From contig CAVOQN010000002.1 in the NCBI GenBank assembly GCA_963698375.1, forward strand, positions 149,466 to 213,465: a stretch of DNA of 64,000 nucleotides. Direction: 5' to 3'. The position numbers and the translations under genes are program-made. Within the stretch, counting starts at the first letter, position 1. Each line of letters starts with the position of its first letter. A model generated the notes under the pieces. The model saw nothing but the letters and a program-made list of their open reading frames with translations, was not told the DNA's origin and searched no databases. The stretch is from an uncultured Pseudomonadota bacterium. Lineage in GTDB: Bacteria > Pseudomonadota > Gammaproteobacteria > Acidiferrobacterales > UBA6901. Shown here piece by piece: positions 30,111-40,809 of this stretch.

Positions 30111-31042
30111 TAATCCTCCTCGCTGTAGCCGAGACTCTTCAGGGCGCGCGCGTCATTCGACCAGCCTTCGCGCACCTTGACCCAGAGCCCGAGATACACC
30201 TTGCGTCCGAAAGCCTTTTGCATTTCAAGTCGTGCGCGCCTGCCAATTTCCTTCAGACTTGCGCCGCCCTTGCCAATCAGGATTGCCTTCTGGCCTTCTT
30301 TCTCGACCCAGATCACAGCCTCGATGTGCTGATGTTTTGGCTCATCCCGGAATTCGGTGATTTCAACCGCCACCGCATAAGGGACTTCTTCGCCAATGCT
30401 GCGAAACACCTGTTCGCGCACAAACTCCGCCGCCTGAAACCGGTCGCTGCGGTCGGTAACCTGCTCGGCATCGAAATATGCGGGATGTTCGGGCAACAGA
30501 CGCAGCAGAATTTTCTCCAGCACCGGCACGTTATCGCCGTCTTGCGCTGACAGGGGCACAATTTCTGCAAACGTGTAGCGTAGTTGCATCGCTTCAATCA
30601 AAGGCAGCAGGCGCTCGCGGACCTTCAGGCGATCAACCTTGTTGATTGCCAGAATTACCGGGCAGTTGGCCTGGCGTGCCACTTCAAGTGCGGGTTCGTC
30701 GCGTTCACTCCAGCCATCGGCTGTCATGACCAGCACCACGGCGTCGACACCCTCCAGGCTCGTGCGCGCTTCGCGGTTCATGTTACGGCTGAGTTGCTTG
30801 TCGTTTTCGCCGTGGTGCAAACCGGGCGTATCGACATAGATTATTTGAGCTTGCGGCGTGTTGTGAATACCGAGAATACGGTGACGTGTGGTTTGGGCGC
30901 GCTGCGAGGTGATGCTGACCTTTTGCCCGACGAGGCGATTGAGCAAGGTAGATTTACCGGCATTCGGCCTGCCGATAATCGCCACGAACCCGCTATGGAA
31001 AATGCCGCCAGGCTGCGTAATCACTGACGCGGCCTTAGTCAT
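30110..31042 (-). CDS. era: GTPase Era
   Basis: [22 protein letters not shown] and a C-terminal KH domain. Intact, 310 aa. Confidence 0.95.
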   Translation of the reverse strand: MTKAASVITQPGGIFHSGFVAIIGRPNAGKSTLLNRLVGQKVSITSQRAQTTRHRILGIHNTPQAQIIYVDTPGLHHGENDKQLSRNMNREARTSLEGVDAVVLVMTADGWSERDEPALEVARQANCPVILAINKVDRLKVRERLLPLIEAMQLRYTFAEIVPLSAQDGDNVPVLEKILLRLLPEHPAYFDAEQVTDRSDRFQAAEFVREQVFRSIGEEVPYAVAVEITEFRDEPKHQHIEAVIWVEKEGQKAILIGKGGASLKEIGRRARLEMQKAFGRKVYLGLWVKVREGWSNDARALKSLGYSEED

Positions 31043-31721
31043 CGATTTCGCAATTCAAAAGTATGCAGGCGCGTGTGGCTGCTGCCTGCTCGGCATGTCG
31101 ACGGCTGCTGCCTTCGCCATGCACGGCTTCCGACAGGCCTGACACACGACATTCAACGACGAAGCGCTGCTTGTGTGGTTCACCACTTATTTCCAGCACA
31201 GTATAGGTCGGCGTGGCCAGGGACTTCCGCTGAAGATACTCCTGTAAACGTGTCTTGGGGTCTTTAAGGATGCTGTTCGGGTCGATGTTTTCCAGAATCG
31301 GCTGATAGCGTCGCAACACGACATCCCGGACAGACTCGATGCCACCGTCCTTGTAAACTGCGCCGAACACAGCCTCCAGCGCATCGGCAAGAATCGAATC
31401 GCGGTCAAAGCCGCCACTTTTCAGCTCCCCACTTCCAAGGTCGAGGCAGTCGCCCAGATCCAGCGCGCGCGCCAGTGTCGCCAGAGTTTCACGCCGCACC
31501 AGCGTCGCGCGTAAACGTGTCAGCTCGCCTTCGCTGAGTTGCGGGAACCGGTCATACAGGATGTCAGCGATGATGAAACTCAGAATGCTGTCGCCGAGAA
31601 ACTCAAGGCGCTCGTAATTTTTGCTGCTATGACTGCGATGGGTTAAGGCACGCGCGAGCAGCGCCCCATCACGAAAAGCGTAACCTAACTGCTTAGTGAG
31701 TTCTTCCTGTGCACTACTCAA
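31035..31721 (-). CDS. rnc: ribonuclease III
   Basis: HRSHSSKNYERLEFLGDSIL plus a C-terminal dsRBD. Intact, 228 aa. Confidence 0.95.
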   Translation of the reverse strand: MSSAQEELTKQLGYAFRDGALLARALTHRSHSSKNYERLEFLGDSILSFIIADILYDRFPQLSEGELTRLRATLVRRETLATLARALDLGDCLDLGSGELKSGGFDRDSILADALEAVFGAVYKDGGIESVRDVVLRRYQPILENIDPNSILKDPKTRLQEYLQRKSLATPTYTVLEISGEPHKQRFVVECRVSGLSEAVHGEGSSRRHAEQAAATRACILLNCEIDD

Positions 31722-32107
31722 CGGACATTGGCCTGCGCAGTGACCTGCGCGGTGTCATCAAACTCGATCAGGGCGGTCACATTGTACGCAATTGGCACGC
31801 GTCTTTCGTAGGTGAGGCGGATGGACATGCTGCCAGGTTTCTTTTCCACGATAAGGGCCTTGTTCAAATCGATATTGTCGACACTGTCGATGTTGAAGCG
31901 CCGGTCGAACGCCGCCTTGATTTGGGACTTTTCCATATCGGCGGTACCCGGCTGCTTGGCAATGCCATCCAGCGCAGCCTTGACCTTGGCGTATTCCATG
32001 TAAGGCGGCAACAATTTGAAGAACAACATAACAAAGAAAATGAATACTGCCGCAACTACCAGCAGTCCCCAGAAGGTCATGCCGTTTTGTTTGTTTCCTG
32101 TCAGCAT
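31718..32107 (-). CDS. DUF4845-like small membrane-anchored protein (between lepB and rnc)
   Basis: It has an N-terminal TM helix (MTFWGLLVVAAVFIFFVMLFF) and occupies the same position between lepB and rnc as in other Gammaproteobacteria. The start is taken at the internal Met. Confidence 0.6.
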   Translation of the reverse strand: MLTGNKQNGMTFWGLLVVAAVFIFFVMLFFKLLPPYMEYAKVKAALDGIAKQPGTADMEKSQIKAAFDRRFNIDSVDNIDLNKALIVEKKPGSMSIRLTYERRVPIAYNVTALIEFDDTAQVTAQANVR

Positions 32108-32133
32108 CCTGCGCCTCCAAAAATATGTTTCAT

Positions 32134-32982
32134 TCATTGAATGGAACTGCCAATCCGGGTCCAGGACACACCACCTTTACCAAGACCCAATATGGACATT
32201 AGCCCATCTTTTCCATAATCCCAGCTGAACCAAATCAGGAATGCCCGGCCGACAACATTTTCTTCCGGCACCGTGCCCCAGTAACGGCTGTCGTTGCTGC
32301 GGTCACGGTTATCGCCCATCATGAAATAATGCCCCTCAGGCACGTTAAACTCCAGCACGCCAGGATTCTGGCCTTCGCCGTGCAGAATATTGTGCTCGAT
32401 GCCATCGATCTGCTCTTTCAGGATTCGGGCAAAGATCATGTGGTCACCGGATTCCGTATAAGAGTAGTCGCCCACTGGCGTCAGCGACATCGGTTGATTG
32501 TTGATAAAAAGTTTCTTGTCGCGGTACACAATGTGATCGCCAGGCAGACCAATGACACGCTTGATGTAATTGACTGAAAGGTCGCGTGGATAACGAAACA
32601 CCATGATATCCCCGCGTTTGGGAGAGCTGATCTCCAACACTTTCTTGTTAATTACCGGCAGGCGCACCCCATACGTGTATTTGTTTACCAGGATGAAGTC
32701 TCCAGCCACCAGGCCCGGCATCATTGATCCTGACGGGATGCGGAATGGCTCAACCAGAAATGAGCGCAGCAGGAACACGAAAAGAATTACCGGAAAGAAC
32801 GCGCGCGCATACTCGACAATCAGTGGCTCGCGCCGCACTCTGTTTACAGCCTCTTCCGGCTTGCCGGCCTTCTGCAGCGCCAAGGCGGTGCGCTCACGCA
32901 CCGGTGCCCAAATGAAGTGGTCAGCGACCCAAATGATGCCGGTGGCCAGCAGCGCAATAAACATGATGAGCGCGAAGTCCAT
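32134..32982 (-). CDS. lepB: signal peptidase I
   Basis: RIPSGSMMPGLVAGDFILVNK ... GDNRDRSNDSRYWG. Intact, 282 aa. Confidence 0.9.
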   Translation of the reverse strand: MDFALIMFIALLATGIIWVADHFIWAPVRERTALALQKAGKPEEAVNRVRREPLIVEYARAFFPVILFVFLLRSFLVEPFRIPSGSMMPGLVAGDFILVNKYTYGVRLPVINKKVLEISSPKRGDIMVFRYPRDLSVNYIKRVIGLPGDHIVYRDKKLFINNQPMSLTPVGDYSYTESGDHMIFARILKEQIDGIEHNILHGEGQNPGVLEFNVPEGHYFMMGDNRDRSNDSRYWGTVPEENVVGRAFLIWFSWDYGKDGLMSILGLGKGGVSWTRIGSSIQ

Positions 32983-32985
32983 GGC

Positions 32986-34794
32986 CTATTTCTCGTCCAC
33001 GCGCAGCACCGCCAGGAATGCCTCCTGCGGAATTTCCACCGAACCAACCTGTTTCATGCGTTTCTTTCCTTCTTTCTGTTTCTCAAGGAGTTTGCGTTTG
33101 CGCGAAATGTCGCCACCGTAGCACTTGGCGATGACGTTCTTGCGCAAGGCTTTCACTGTTTCGCGCGCAATAATATGCGAACCAATGGCTGCCTGAATAG
33201 CAACGTCGAACATCTGGCGCGGAATCAAACCGCGCAACCGGGTGACGAGGTCGCGTCCACGGTACTGCGCCTGGGCGCGGTGCACCATGCTGGACAAGGC
33301 ATCCACCCGATCGCCATTGATAAGCACTTCGAGCTTGATGACATCGGTCGGCCGAAACTCAAGAAATTCGTAGTCCAGTGATGCATAACCGCGTGACACT
33401 GATTTCAGCCGGTCGAAGAAATCCAGCACCACTTCACCCAGCGGCATTTCGTAGGTAAGCATCACCTGCCGGCCGACGTATAACATGTTCTTCTGGATGC
33501 CACGTTTCTCCACGCACAATGCGATGACCGGTCCGATGTACTCGGACGGCAGCAGGATATTCGCGCGGATAATAGGCTCACGAATTTCTTCAATAAGCGT
33601 TGGATCCGGTAATTTGGCCGGGTTTTCGACTTGCAGGACTTCACCCTTCACAGTCAAGACTTCATAAACAACGGTCGGCGCCGTAGTAATGAGATTCAGG
33701 TTGTACTCGCGCTCGAGACGCTCCTGAACGATCTCCATGTGCAGCATGCCAAGAAAACCACAACGGTAACCGAAACCAAGCGCCTGCGAGGTCTCGGGCT
33801 CGTAGTGCAGCGACGCATCGTTGAGCGTGAGCTTCTGCAGTGCATCGCGGAATGCTTCGTAATCGCTCGCCTCTACCGGATAGAGGCCGGCGAATACACG
33901 CGGCTTGATCTCCTTGAAACCTGGCAGTGGCTTGGCAGCCGGTTTGTCGGCGCGTGTCACCGTGTCACCGACACGCGCGCTGCGCACGTCCTTGATGCCG
34001 GCGATTATGAAACCTACTTCGCCCACGCCCAGCGATTCGGTCGGCGTACGCTTTGGTGAGAACACACCGACATGATCGACCGGGAACTCGTCACCCGTTG
34101 CCATGAGTCGGATTTTCTGCTTTGGCACCAGCGTGCCCTGCATTACACGCACCAGCACCACGGTACCGAGGTAGTTGTCGAACCAGGAATCGATGATCAG
34201 CGCCTGCAGCGGCGCCTCGGCGTCGCCCTTCGGTGCCGGCATGAGGTCGATGACGGCTTCGAGTATCTCCGGGATGCCAACACCGGTTTTGGCGCTGCAC
34301 GTCAGTGCGTGGGTGGCGTCGATGCCGATTATATCCTCGATCTCCTTGATCACCCGCTCAGGGTCGGCCTGCGGCAGATCAATCTTGTTCAGCACTGGCA
34401 GGATCACCAGGTTCAGTTCAGACGCGGTGTAGCAATTGGCCACAGTCTGGGCCTGTACGCCCTGCGATGCATCCACCACCAGCAGCGCACCCTCGCAGGC
34501 CGTAAGAGAACGCGAGACCTCATACGAGAAGTCGACGTGCCCCGGCGTATCAATCAGGTTCAGGCGATAGACTTGGCCGTTCTTCGCCTTGTAGTTAAGT
34601 GCCACGGTCTGGGCCTTAATCGTGATGCCGCGCTCACGTTCGATGTCCATCGAATCGAGCACCTGCGCCTGCATCTCGCGCGCAGCGAGACCTCCGCAAT
34701 ACTGAATGAAGCGGTCAGCGAGCGTCGACTTGCCGTGATCGATGTGCGCAATAATGGAAAAATTGCGAATGTATTGCGGATCCCAGCCACTCAT
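32986..34794 (-). CDS. lepA: elongation factor 4
   Basis: [28 protein letters not shown] and the characteristic C-terminal LepA domain. Intact, 602 aa. Confidence 0.95.
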   Translation of the reverse strand: MSGWDPQYIRNFSIIAHIDHGKSTLADRFIQYCGGLAAREMQAQVLDSMDIERERGITIKAQTVALNYKAKNGQVYRLNLIDTPGHVDFSYEVSRSLTACEGALLVVDASQGVQAQTVANCYTASELNLVILPVLNKIDLPQADPERVIKEIEDIIGIDATHALTCSAKTGVGIPEILEAVIDLMPAPKGDAEAPLQALIIDSWFDNYLGTVVLVRVMQGTLVPKQKIRLMATGDEFPVDHVGVFSPKRTPTESLGVGEVGFIIAGIKDVRSARVGDTVTRADKPAAKPLPGFKEIKPRVFAGLYPVEASDYEAFRDALQKLTLNDASLHYEPETSQALGFGYRCGFLGMLHMEIVQERLEREYNLNLITTAPTVVYEVLTVKGEVLQVENPAKLPDPTLIEEIREPIIRANILLPSEYIGPVIALCVEKRGIQKNMLYVGRQVMLTYEMPLGEVVLDFFDRLKSVSRGYASLDYEFLEFRPTDVIKLEVLINGDRVDALSSMVHRAQAQYRGRDLVTRLRGLIPRQMFDVAIQAAIGSHIIARETVKALRKNVIAKCYGGDISRKRKLLEKQKEGKKRMKQVGSVEIPQEAFLAVLRVDEK

Positions 34795-34951
34795 ACCGCT
34801 ACCCCGGATGGATCGGGACAGGAAAAGAGCGCCGCGGGCGCCCTTCCTGCACCATTCAAATGAATTAAAACCATGTGATCTAGCGAAAACTGCAGATTGA
34901 CTAGGCTGATGATACCCGGTTTCAGGGGTGCTTGTACCGGCTTATTCCGGC

Positions 34952-36379
34952 CTAGTCAGGGATACGCAGCGCCAGAAACAGGGCTGCTGTTCCGCGCCGC
35001 ACAAGCACTGGTACTGGCTTGCTGCGCGTCAATTGCGGCGCCAGCCCTTGCAGTTCCGCGGCGGAGCGAATCGGCCGGCCTTGCACCTGCAGGATCACGT
35101 CTCCCGGCCGTACCCCGGCCTTGTACGCCGGTCCCTCTGCGACCCGTTCCACCAGTACACCCTGACTCACCCCAAGCTGTTTACGCTGCATGGACGTAAG
35201 GTCTTTGAGTTGCATACCCAGCACACCAGGTCGCTCCGCGCCTGACGTCGGTGCGGACCGAATCTCGGCGGTTTCTTCCGGAAGCTCGGCGATCGTGACC
35301 GAGACGGTCTGGGGCTGGCCACTGCGAATAATACCGAGTTTGGTGCGCGTTCCGGGCTCTGTCTGACCTACAAGCGGTGGCAGATCGGCGGACAGCTTGA
35401 TGCGATGGCCGTCGTATTCGACCACAATATCACCCACGCGCAGGGCCGACTTGGCCGCCGGACCCTCCGGCAGGACGTCCGCAATGAGGGCGCCGTAGGG
35501 ACGCTGCATGCCAAACGATTCGGCCAACTCGCGTGTCACGTCTTGAATGGTAACACCTATCCAGCCGCGCTTTACATGCCCGCTGGACTTGAGTTGCTTC
35601 GACACCTGCATGGCGATGTCAATCGGCACTGCGAATGACAGCCCCATGAAGCCACCGGTGCGGCTGTAGATTTGCGAATTGATGCCTATCACTTCGCCCT
35701 TCATATTGAACAAAGGGCCGCCGGAATTGCCTGGATTGATGGCAACGTCAGTCTGGATGAATGGCACGTAGTTCTCGCGTGGCAGACTGCGGCCTTTGGC
35801 AGAAACAATGCCGACAGTGGCAGAACTTTCAAATCCGAACGGTGAACCGATCGCAAGCACCCATTCACCGACCCGCACTTTCTCGGGGTCGCCGATCCGC
35901 ACTTGTGGCAGCGCCGTGGCGTCTATTTTTAGCAGTGCCACATCGCTACGCCGGTCGGCGCCAATTACCTTGGCAGTGAATTCGCGCCGATCGGTGAGGC
36001 GCACCAGAATCTCGGTGGCATTTTCGACCACGTGCGCGCAGGTGAGGATGAAGCCATCGGACGAAATGAGGAAACCCGAACCGAGAGACCTGTTGTCGAA
36101 AAACTCGGGGGGCAATTCTTCCTCACCAAAATATCGGCGCAGGAAATCATTGAATGGGGCATTGCCTTCCGGGGCCTGCGGCATTTTCGTGTCCGGCCCG
36201 GCGGCCGGATGTCTCACCACCTGGGTGGTGCTGATGTTCACTACCGCCGGTGAATTGCCCTCCACGAGCGGCGTGAAATCCGGCAGTACACGCAGCGGCG
36301 GCGCGGCTTGCGCAGCGATGACCAGCACCAGTACCCACAGACCAAAAAGTATGGCAACCGGGCCAGTATGGCGCTTCAT
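34952..36379 (-). CDS. degP: Do/DegP/MucD-family periplasmic serine endoprotease
   Basis: Signal peptide, catalytic motifs (TCAHVV, DVALLKI, GNSGGPLFN) and two PDZ-like regions. Intact, 475 aa. Confidence 0.9.
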   Translation of the reverse strand: MKRHTGPVAILFGLWVLVLVIAAQAAPPLRVLPDFTPLVEGNSPAVVNISTTQVVRHPAAGPDTKMPQAPEGNAPFNDFLRRYFGEEELPPEFFDNRSLGSGFLISSDGFILTCAHVVENATEILVRLTDRREFTAKVIGADRRSDVALLKIDATALPQVRIGDPEKVRVGEWVLAIGSPFGFESSATVGIVSAKGRSLPRENYVPFIQTDVAINPGNSGGPLFNMKGEVIGINSQIYSRTGGFMGLSFAVPIDIAMQVSKQLKSSGHVKRGWIGVTIQDVTRELAESFGMQRPYGALIADVLPEGPAAKSALRVGDIVVEYDGHRIKLSADLPPLVGQTEPGTRTKLGIIRSGQPQTVSVTIAELPEETAEIRSAPTSGAERPGVLGMQLKDLTSMQRKQLGVSQGVLVERVAEGPAYKAGVRPGDVILQVQGRPIRSAAELQGLAPQLTRSKPVPVLVRRGTAALFLALRIPD

Positions 36380-36441
36380 GCAGTTAGAAACATGGATGCA
36401 CAGCGTACAAAACCCCTATGAACGGGACATACAGCTTGAAT

Positions 36442-37413
36442 TCACGGACCGATCCTCACCGACCCGCCAATCATGTCCACTGTTAGCGCGGGCGCCTCGC
36501 CAACGACAGTGACCTGATGTCCATCGACGACTGTACCGAAGGCATGTACCGCACCCATATGGGTCAGGCCCGATAGTACATTCGATGTGTCACTATTCTC
36601 TGTCTGCTCGATAAACACCGAGACCACGGCAAGACCATCGGAGTACACAAGGTGCTCAACCGGCTGTTTGTGCGCTGGCAACATGCGCATCATGCGCGCG
36701 CTAAGAGTGAAACCGGCTGGCAGGCTCTCTGCCGCCCATTTCCCGGCGGATGGTGCCGGCGTCGCGTCGTTGGGTCGCTGCCAGACAACTCCCGTGGTCG
36801 GGTATTGGGGTTTGAGGTCCGATTCGGCAATAGGTTTGCCGATGTTCACCTGTGTAAACATGTACTGCTCGACCACTCCACCGCGTTCATCCAGCAAGCT
36901 GGCCTTGAGCAACAGGCCACTGGCATCATCGGCCCACAACAGGTAACCATAACGGTACGCATCGCGCGGCTTTATTTGAACCGAGACAGTCTTGCGTCCG
37001 GCTACGCGTCCATGTCTGCCGATACGAATCTTGTAATTGGCATTTAGCAGCGCGAGTGAATCCGGCAGTAGTGCCGGAAAGCTGCGGTTGTCGGCACGGC
37101 GGTGCTCGATGAGGGCTGCGTTCTCGTCCGGAAGATAGCAACGCACTTCGCTGTCGGTACGGATGATTTCGCGTGGTGCGCCATTCAGTGATACCAGCCG
37201 CTCGCGCACTCCGCGCGCGCCGGTCTTGTGAATAATGCGCAGGCTTTCCATTCGGTCACCGCGCTGATAAACAAACGTGCCTTCATAGTCGATACTGCGT
37301 CCGGCCTGGTACATGCGCGCAAGCAAGGCCTGCGCATCGGCGGCTTGCACCAACGGGGTGGCCAGACCCAGCGACAGCGCCAAGGTGATGCGGCGAAGGG
37401 GTAATCCGGTCAT
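36442..37413 (-). CDS. rseB: sigma-E regulatory protein RseB/MucB
   Basis: Signal peptide, then ALLARMYQAGRSIDYEGTFVYQRGDRMESLRIIH. It follows rseA with a 4-nt overlap. Confidence 0.8.
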   Translation of the reverse strand: MTGLPLRRITLALSLGLATPLVQAADAQALLARMYQAGRSIDYEGTFVYQRGDRMESLRIIHKTGARGVRERLVSLNGAPREIIRTDSEVRCYLPDENAALIEHRRADNRSFPALLPDSLALLNANYKIRIGRHGRVAGRKTVSVQIKPRDAYRYGYLLWADDASGLLLKASLLDERGGVVEQYMFTQVNIGKPIAESDLKPQYPTTGVVWQRPNDATPAPSAGKWAAESLPAGFTLSARMMRMLPAHKQPVEHLVYSDGLAVVSVFIEQTENSDTSNVLSGLTHMGAVHAFGTVVDGHQVTVVGEAPALTVDMIGGSVRIGP

Positions 37414-37943
37414 TCTGCGTTCGCGTTTTCCGTGGCCGCGCTATCGCGGCCAACCACGCGCACGTACGACAGCATGCCGTTCATGCCTGCGGCTGGCGTG
37501 AACTCGCCATGCTGCACCAGGTACGGGTTAAGCGCGCTTCGCTGTTCGGGTGGCGTTTGACGCGCGTCCGCCACGGTGCTCTTGCCGGTGACCAGACGGG
37601 CGATGGGGACAGAGGAAGTGGGGACTAGCGGTGGGAGATTAAGAAGGGCGACGGTAGCAACCGAGGCGGCGATGGCCAAGCCTGCGCTGAATTTCAGCAG
37701 ACGTGGCGTGAAGAGACGGCGTGTCGACTCGTCTTGGGTTTCATGTTGCAAAACTTCTTGAATGCGACCGGCCAGTCCAGGGGTAACCAAGAGATCGAGT
37801 TCGCGGCGTATGGCCGCGCTAGCCAGGTGGTAGCGCTCCCAGGTTGCGCGTAGCGACGGATCGGAATCTAGCGCACGCAGCGCACGCTCACGCTCCAGAT
37901 CATTAACCTCACCATCCAGTAAAGCTGAAATATTTTCTTTCAT
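37410..37943 (-). CDS. rseA: anti-sigma-E factor RseA/MucA
   Basis: Internal Met 37943: MKENISALLDGEVNDLERERALRALDSDPSLRATWERYHLASAAIR. A central TM segment is present. It lies directly after rpoE. Confidence 0.7.
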   Translation of the reverse strand: MKENISALLDGEVNDLERERALRALDSDPSLRATWERYHLASAAIRRELDLLVTPGLAGRIQEVLQHETQDESTRRLFTPRLLKFSAGLAIAASVATVALLNLPPLVPTSSVPIARLVTGKSTVADARQTPPEQRSALNPYLVQHGEFTPAAGMNGMLSYVRVVGRDSAATENANAE

Positions 37944-37981
37944 GCTCGTCCAGTCCTGACTGAAAATCGTTAGTGGTGTCC

Positions 37982-38569
37982 CTAGTCTACAAGAAGCGGT
38001 TGCAGTTCCTTGTCGATCGCTTCGCGCGCCCGGAAGATACGCGAGCGCACCGTGCCGATCGGGCAATCCATCACTTCTGCGATCTCCTCGTAGCTCAATC
38101 CATCAATTTCACGCAGTGTCACGGCGGTACGCAAATCCTCAGGTAGTGTCGCCAACACCCGCTCCACGGTGTGGCCAATCTCGTCGGCTAGCATCTGTCG
38201 CTCCGGCGTGGTGGCGTCGCGCAAATTGGTACCAGAGCCAATATCACTCGACTCGGCATCCTCCGTTTCGACATCTGCGATCGACGGTCGACGACCCTGC
38301 GCCACCAGGTAATTCTTGGCCGTGTTGATCGCGATGCGATAAAGCCATGTATAAAATGCGCTCTCGCCGCGAAAACCCTTGATGGCGCGGTAAGCCTTGA
38401 TGAAGGCCTCTTGCGTGACATCTTCGACCTCCGACCGGTCGTACACATAACGTGACACAAGCTTTGCGATGCGGTGCTGGTATTTGCGTACCAGCAGGTC
38501 GAAGGCCGACTTGTCGCCCTTCTGGACCCGCACCACCAATTGCTGATCGATACTGCGCTCGCCGACCAT
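37982..38569 (-). CDS. rpoE: RNA polymerase sigma-E (sigma-24, AlgU/RpoE)
   Basis: QLVVRVQKGDKSAFDLLVRKYQHRIAKLVSRYV...FRGESAFYTWLYRIAINTAKN...LSYEEIAEVMDCPIGTVRSRIFRAREAI. Intact, 195 aa. Confidence 0.9.
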   Translation of the reverse strand: MVGERSIDQQLVVRVQKGDKSAFDLLVRKYQHRIAKLVSRYVYDRSEVEDVTQEAFIKAYRAIKGFRGESAFYTWLYRIAINTAKNYLVAQGRRPSIADVETEDAESSDIGSGTNLRDATTPERQMLADEIGHTVERVLATLPEDLRTAVTLREIDGLSYEEIAEVMDCPIGTVRSRIFRAREAIDKELQPLLVD

Positions 38570-38618
38570 CCGGGCCTGTCCCCTTCCCCTTGCCCGGCAA
38601 CAGTGTGCTTCCGGGTAT

Positions 38619-38646
38619 TAAAGACCACGGCGGGTAAATAAAGTTC
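38619..38646 (-). promoter_or_regulatory. candidate sigma-E-type autoregulated promoter of rpoE
   Basis: The minus strand reads GAACTT-N16-TCTTTA, about 50 nt upstream of the rpoE start. This resembles the GAACTT-N16/17-TCnnA ECF consensus. Confidence 0.35.
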
Positions 38647-38763
38647 GCTCTACCGCATTGACCATGGTTATAGTTGTCGTTAATTGTTCTCATCGTGAAC
38701 AACGTCACAACCGGCGGGATCATACCCTAAAATTCACCTCCTCGACCCGCTTCTCCACCACCC

Positions 38764-40389
38764 ATGCCCAAAAGCAAGCCATATCACACCACGGACGTTC
38801 TGATTGTGGGTAGCGGGGTGGCCGGCCTGAGCCTGGCCCTGCGCCTGGCGGAGAACACGAAAGTTACCGTTCTGGCCAAAGCTGATGTCACGCAGGGATC
38901 AAGTTTGTATGCCCAAGGGGGAGTCGCCGCAGTCATGAATAATGCCGATTCGTTCAGTGCGCATATTCAGGACACACTTCACGCCGGGGGCGGGCTCTGT
39001 CACCCCGATAGCGTGGAATTCGCCGTGCAGCGCGGCCCGGCGGCAATACGCTGGCTTATTGACCAGGGCGTAGGCTTTACCCGCGAACTCGGCCCGGACG
39101 GGAAGCTACACCATCATCTGACTCGTGAAGGCGGGCACAGCCACCGGCGTGTGATTCACACCGCTGATGCCACCGGCAAGGCAATGGAAACAACCCTCGC
39201 CGACCGGGCACACGCACATCCTAATATCACCCTGCTGAAAAACCACATCGCCGTGGACCTAGTTACACGTCGCAAACTTGGCCGCGATGGCAGTAACCGT
39301 GTGCTCGGTCTGTATGCCTTGAACAAAGCGGCTGGTGATGTCGAAGTATTCAGTTCACGCTTCGTGGTGCTGGCCACTGGCGGCGCCTCAAAGGTGTATC
39401 TGTATACCAGCAACCCGGATACCTCGACCGGCGACGGCATGGCCATGGCCTGGCGCGCCGGGTGCCGGGTGGCAAATATGGAATTCGTACAATTCCATCC
39501 AACCTGCCTGTACCACCCGCTCGCGCGCACTTTTCTGATCAGCGAGGTAGTCCGCGGTGAGGGCGGACGATTGCTGCTACCGGATGGAAAACCTTTCATG
39601 CAGGCTCACGATCCACGCGCTGAACTGGCCTCACGTGACGTGGTGGCACGTGCAATAGATTTCGAGATGAAACGCCGCGGTCTCGACTGCGTTTATCTCG
39701 ATATCAGCCACAAACCGGCAGATTTTGTGCGCGCGCACTTCCCGACCATCTATGCGCGACTTAAAGAATACGGCATCGACATGACCCGGCAAAAAATCCC
39801 GGTGGTCCCTGCCGCACATTATACATGCGGCGGCGTCATGACCGACTTGCAGGCACGTACCGATCTGCCCGGGCTGTACGCCGCTGGCGAATGCGCCTTC
39901 ACTGGCTTGCATGGTGCGAATCGCCTCGCCAGCAACTCGCTGCTCGAGTGTCTGGTATTTGCGGAAGCCGCTGCCGAAGACATACGCGCACAACTCCCAC
40001 AGGCACCGGCTGCTGCCACTGACCTGCCACCGTGGGACGAAAGCCGTGTGTCGGATGCCGACGAGCTGGTGGTGGTCTCGCACAACTGGGAAGAACTGCG
40101 CCGCTTCATGTGGGACTATGTCGGAATCGTGCGCACCAACAAGCGTCTGGAACGTGCCCAGCATCGCGTGAATCTGCTGCGCGAAGAGATCCGCGAGTAC
40201 TACAGCAACTTTCGTATCAACAGCGACCTGATCGAGCTGCGCAACCTGGCATTGGTCGCTGAGCTAATCATCCGTTCGGCCCAGGAACGCCGCGAATCAC
40301 GCGGCTTGCACTATTCGCGCGACTACCCACAGCTTGCACCTGAGGTACGCGACACCGTGCTTACTCCGGAATTTACAGCCAACACCTAA
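38764..40389 (+). CDS. nadB: L-aspartate oxidase
   Basis: [22 protein letters not shown]-binding motifs and [26 protein letters not shown]. Intact, 541 aa. It is divergent from rpoE, as in enterics and pseudomonads. Confidence 0.95.
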   Translation: MPKSKPYHTTDVLIVGSGVAGLSLALRLAENTKVTVLAKADVTQGSSLYAQGGVAAVMNNADSFSAHIQDTLHAGGGLCHPDSVEFAVQRGPAAIRWLIDQGVGFTRELGPDGKLHHHLTREGGHSHRRVIHTADATGKAMETTLADRAHAHPNITLLKNHIAVDLVTRRKLGRDGSNRVLGLYALNKAAGDVEVFSSRFVVLATGGASKVYLYTSNPDTSTGDGMAMAWRAGCRVANMEFVQFHPTCLYHPLARTFLISEVVRGEGGRLLLPDGKPFMQAHDPRAELASRDVVARAIDFEMKRRGLDCVYLDISHKPADFVRAHFPTIYARLKEYGIDMTRQKIPVVPAAHYTCGGVMTDLQARTDLPGLYAAGECAFTGLHGANRLASNSLLECLVFAEAAAEDIRAQLPQAPAAATDLPPWDESRVSDADELVVVSHNWEELRRFMWDYVGIVRTNKRLERAQHRVNLLREEIREYYSNFRINSDLIELRNLALVAELIIRSAQERRESRGLHYSRDYPQLAPEVRDTVLTPEFTANT

Positions 40390-40807
40390 GCCGGCGTCTG
40401 ATCCGGAACCGGCAGGACATGCTGCACAATTTTGGCGCGCAATGTTCTATATATCTCAGGCTCGACGGCGTCGTACATCACGATTTGTACGAATGTTCGC
40501 TCGCCAGAACGAGTCAACACAAGACGCACGAAACCGGCATGGGTGGTAGCACGCACAATTCGATAGCGGCGCTGCTCGCCGTTGAACGTGCGGAGACAGG
40601 AACCGTCTTCCTCTAGCCGTATCTCACACACGCTCACCCTTACGCCATACTCGGCCTTGCCACCAGAGACTCGCACCAATTAACCCGGTGAGCCCGATCT
40701 TGAACGCCAATCCGATCGGCATTAGAACAATCAATGGCAGTGCGCCGGCATGCACACCGAACGTGATTAAAGTCAGGAAATAATGATTTTTTTATGTTTA
40801 TAATCAT
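40386..40807 (-). pseudogene. ygfX: YgfX/CptA-like inner-membrane protein; about two frameshifts
   Basis: ATG 40807 lies 2 nt after the sdhE stop. My hand translation finds two TM helices in a second frame (LTLITFGVHAGALPLIVLMPIGLAFKIGLTGLIGASLWW). ORF 40386..40679 gives CEIRLEEDG...FVRLVLTRSGERTFVQIVMYDAVEPEIYRTLRAKIV, which parallels E. coli YgfX (GEIRLLMDGR...LWLAADSMDEAEWRDLRRIL). Confidence 0.6.
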
Positions 40808-40809
40808 AG

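Noticed and set aside
40795-40804. A shared repeat family linking the two AT-rich islands (TGTTTATAAT at 40795-40804 and 59259-59268).
   Set aside because: Beyond the 10-mer the alignment is only about 15/20 and is dominated by A/T. My rough estimate is that a 10-mer match between two 70-nt windows of about 14% GC is not improbable by chance. A whole-genome search is needed before calling this a repeat element.
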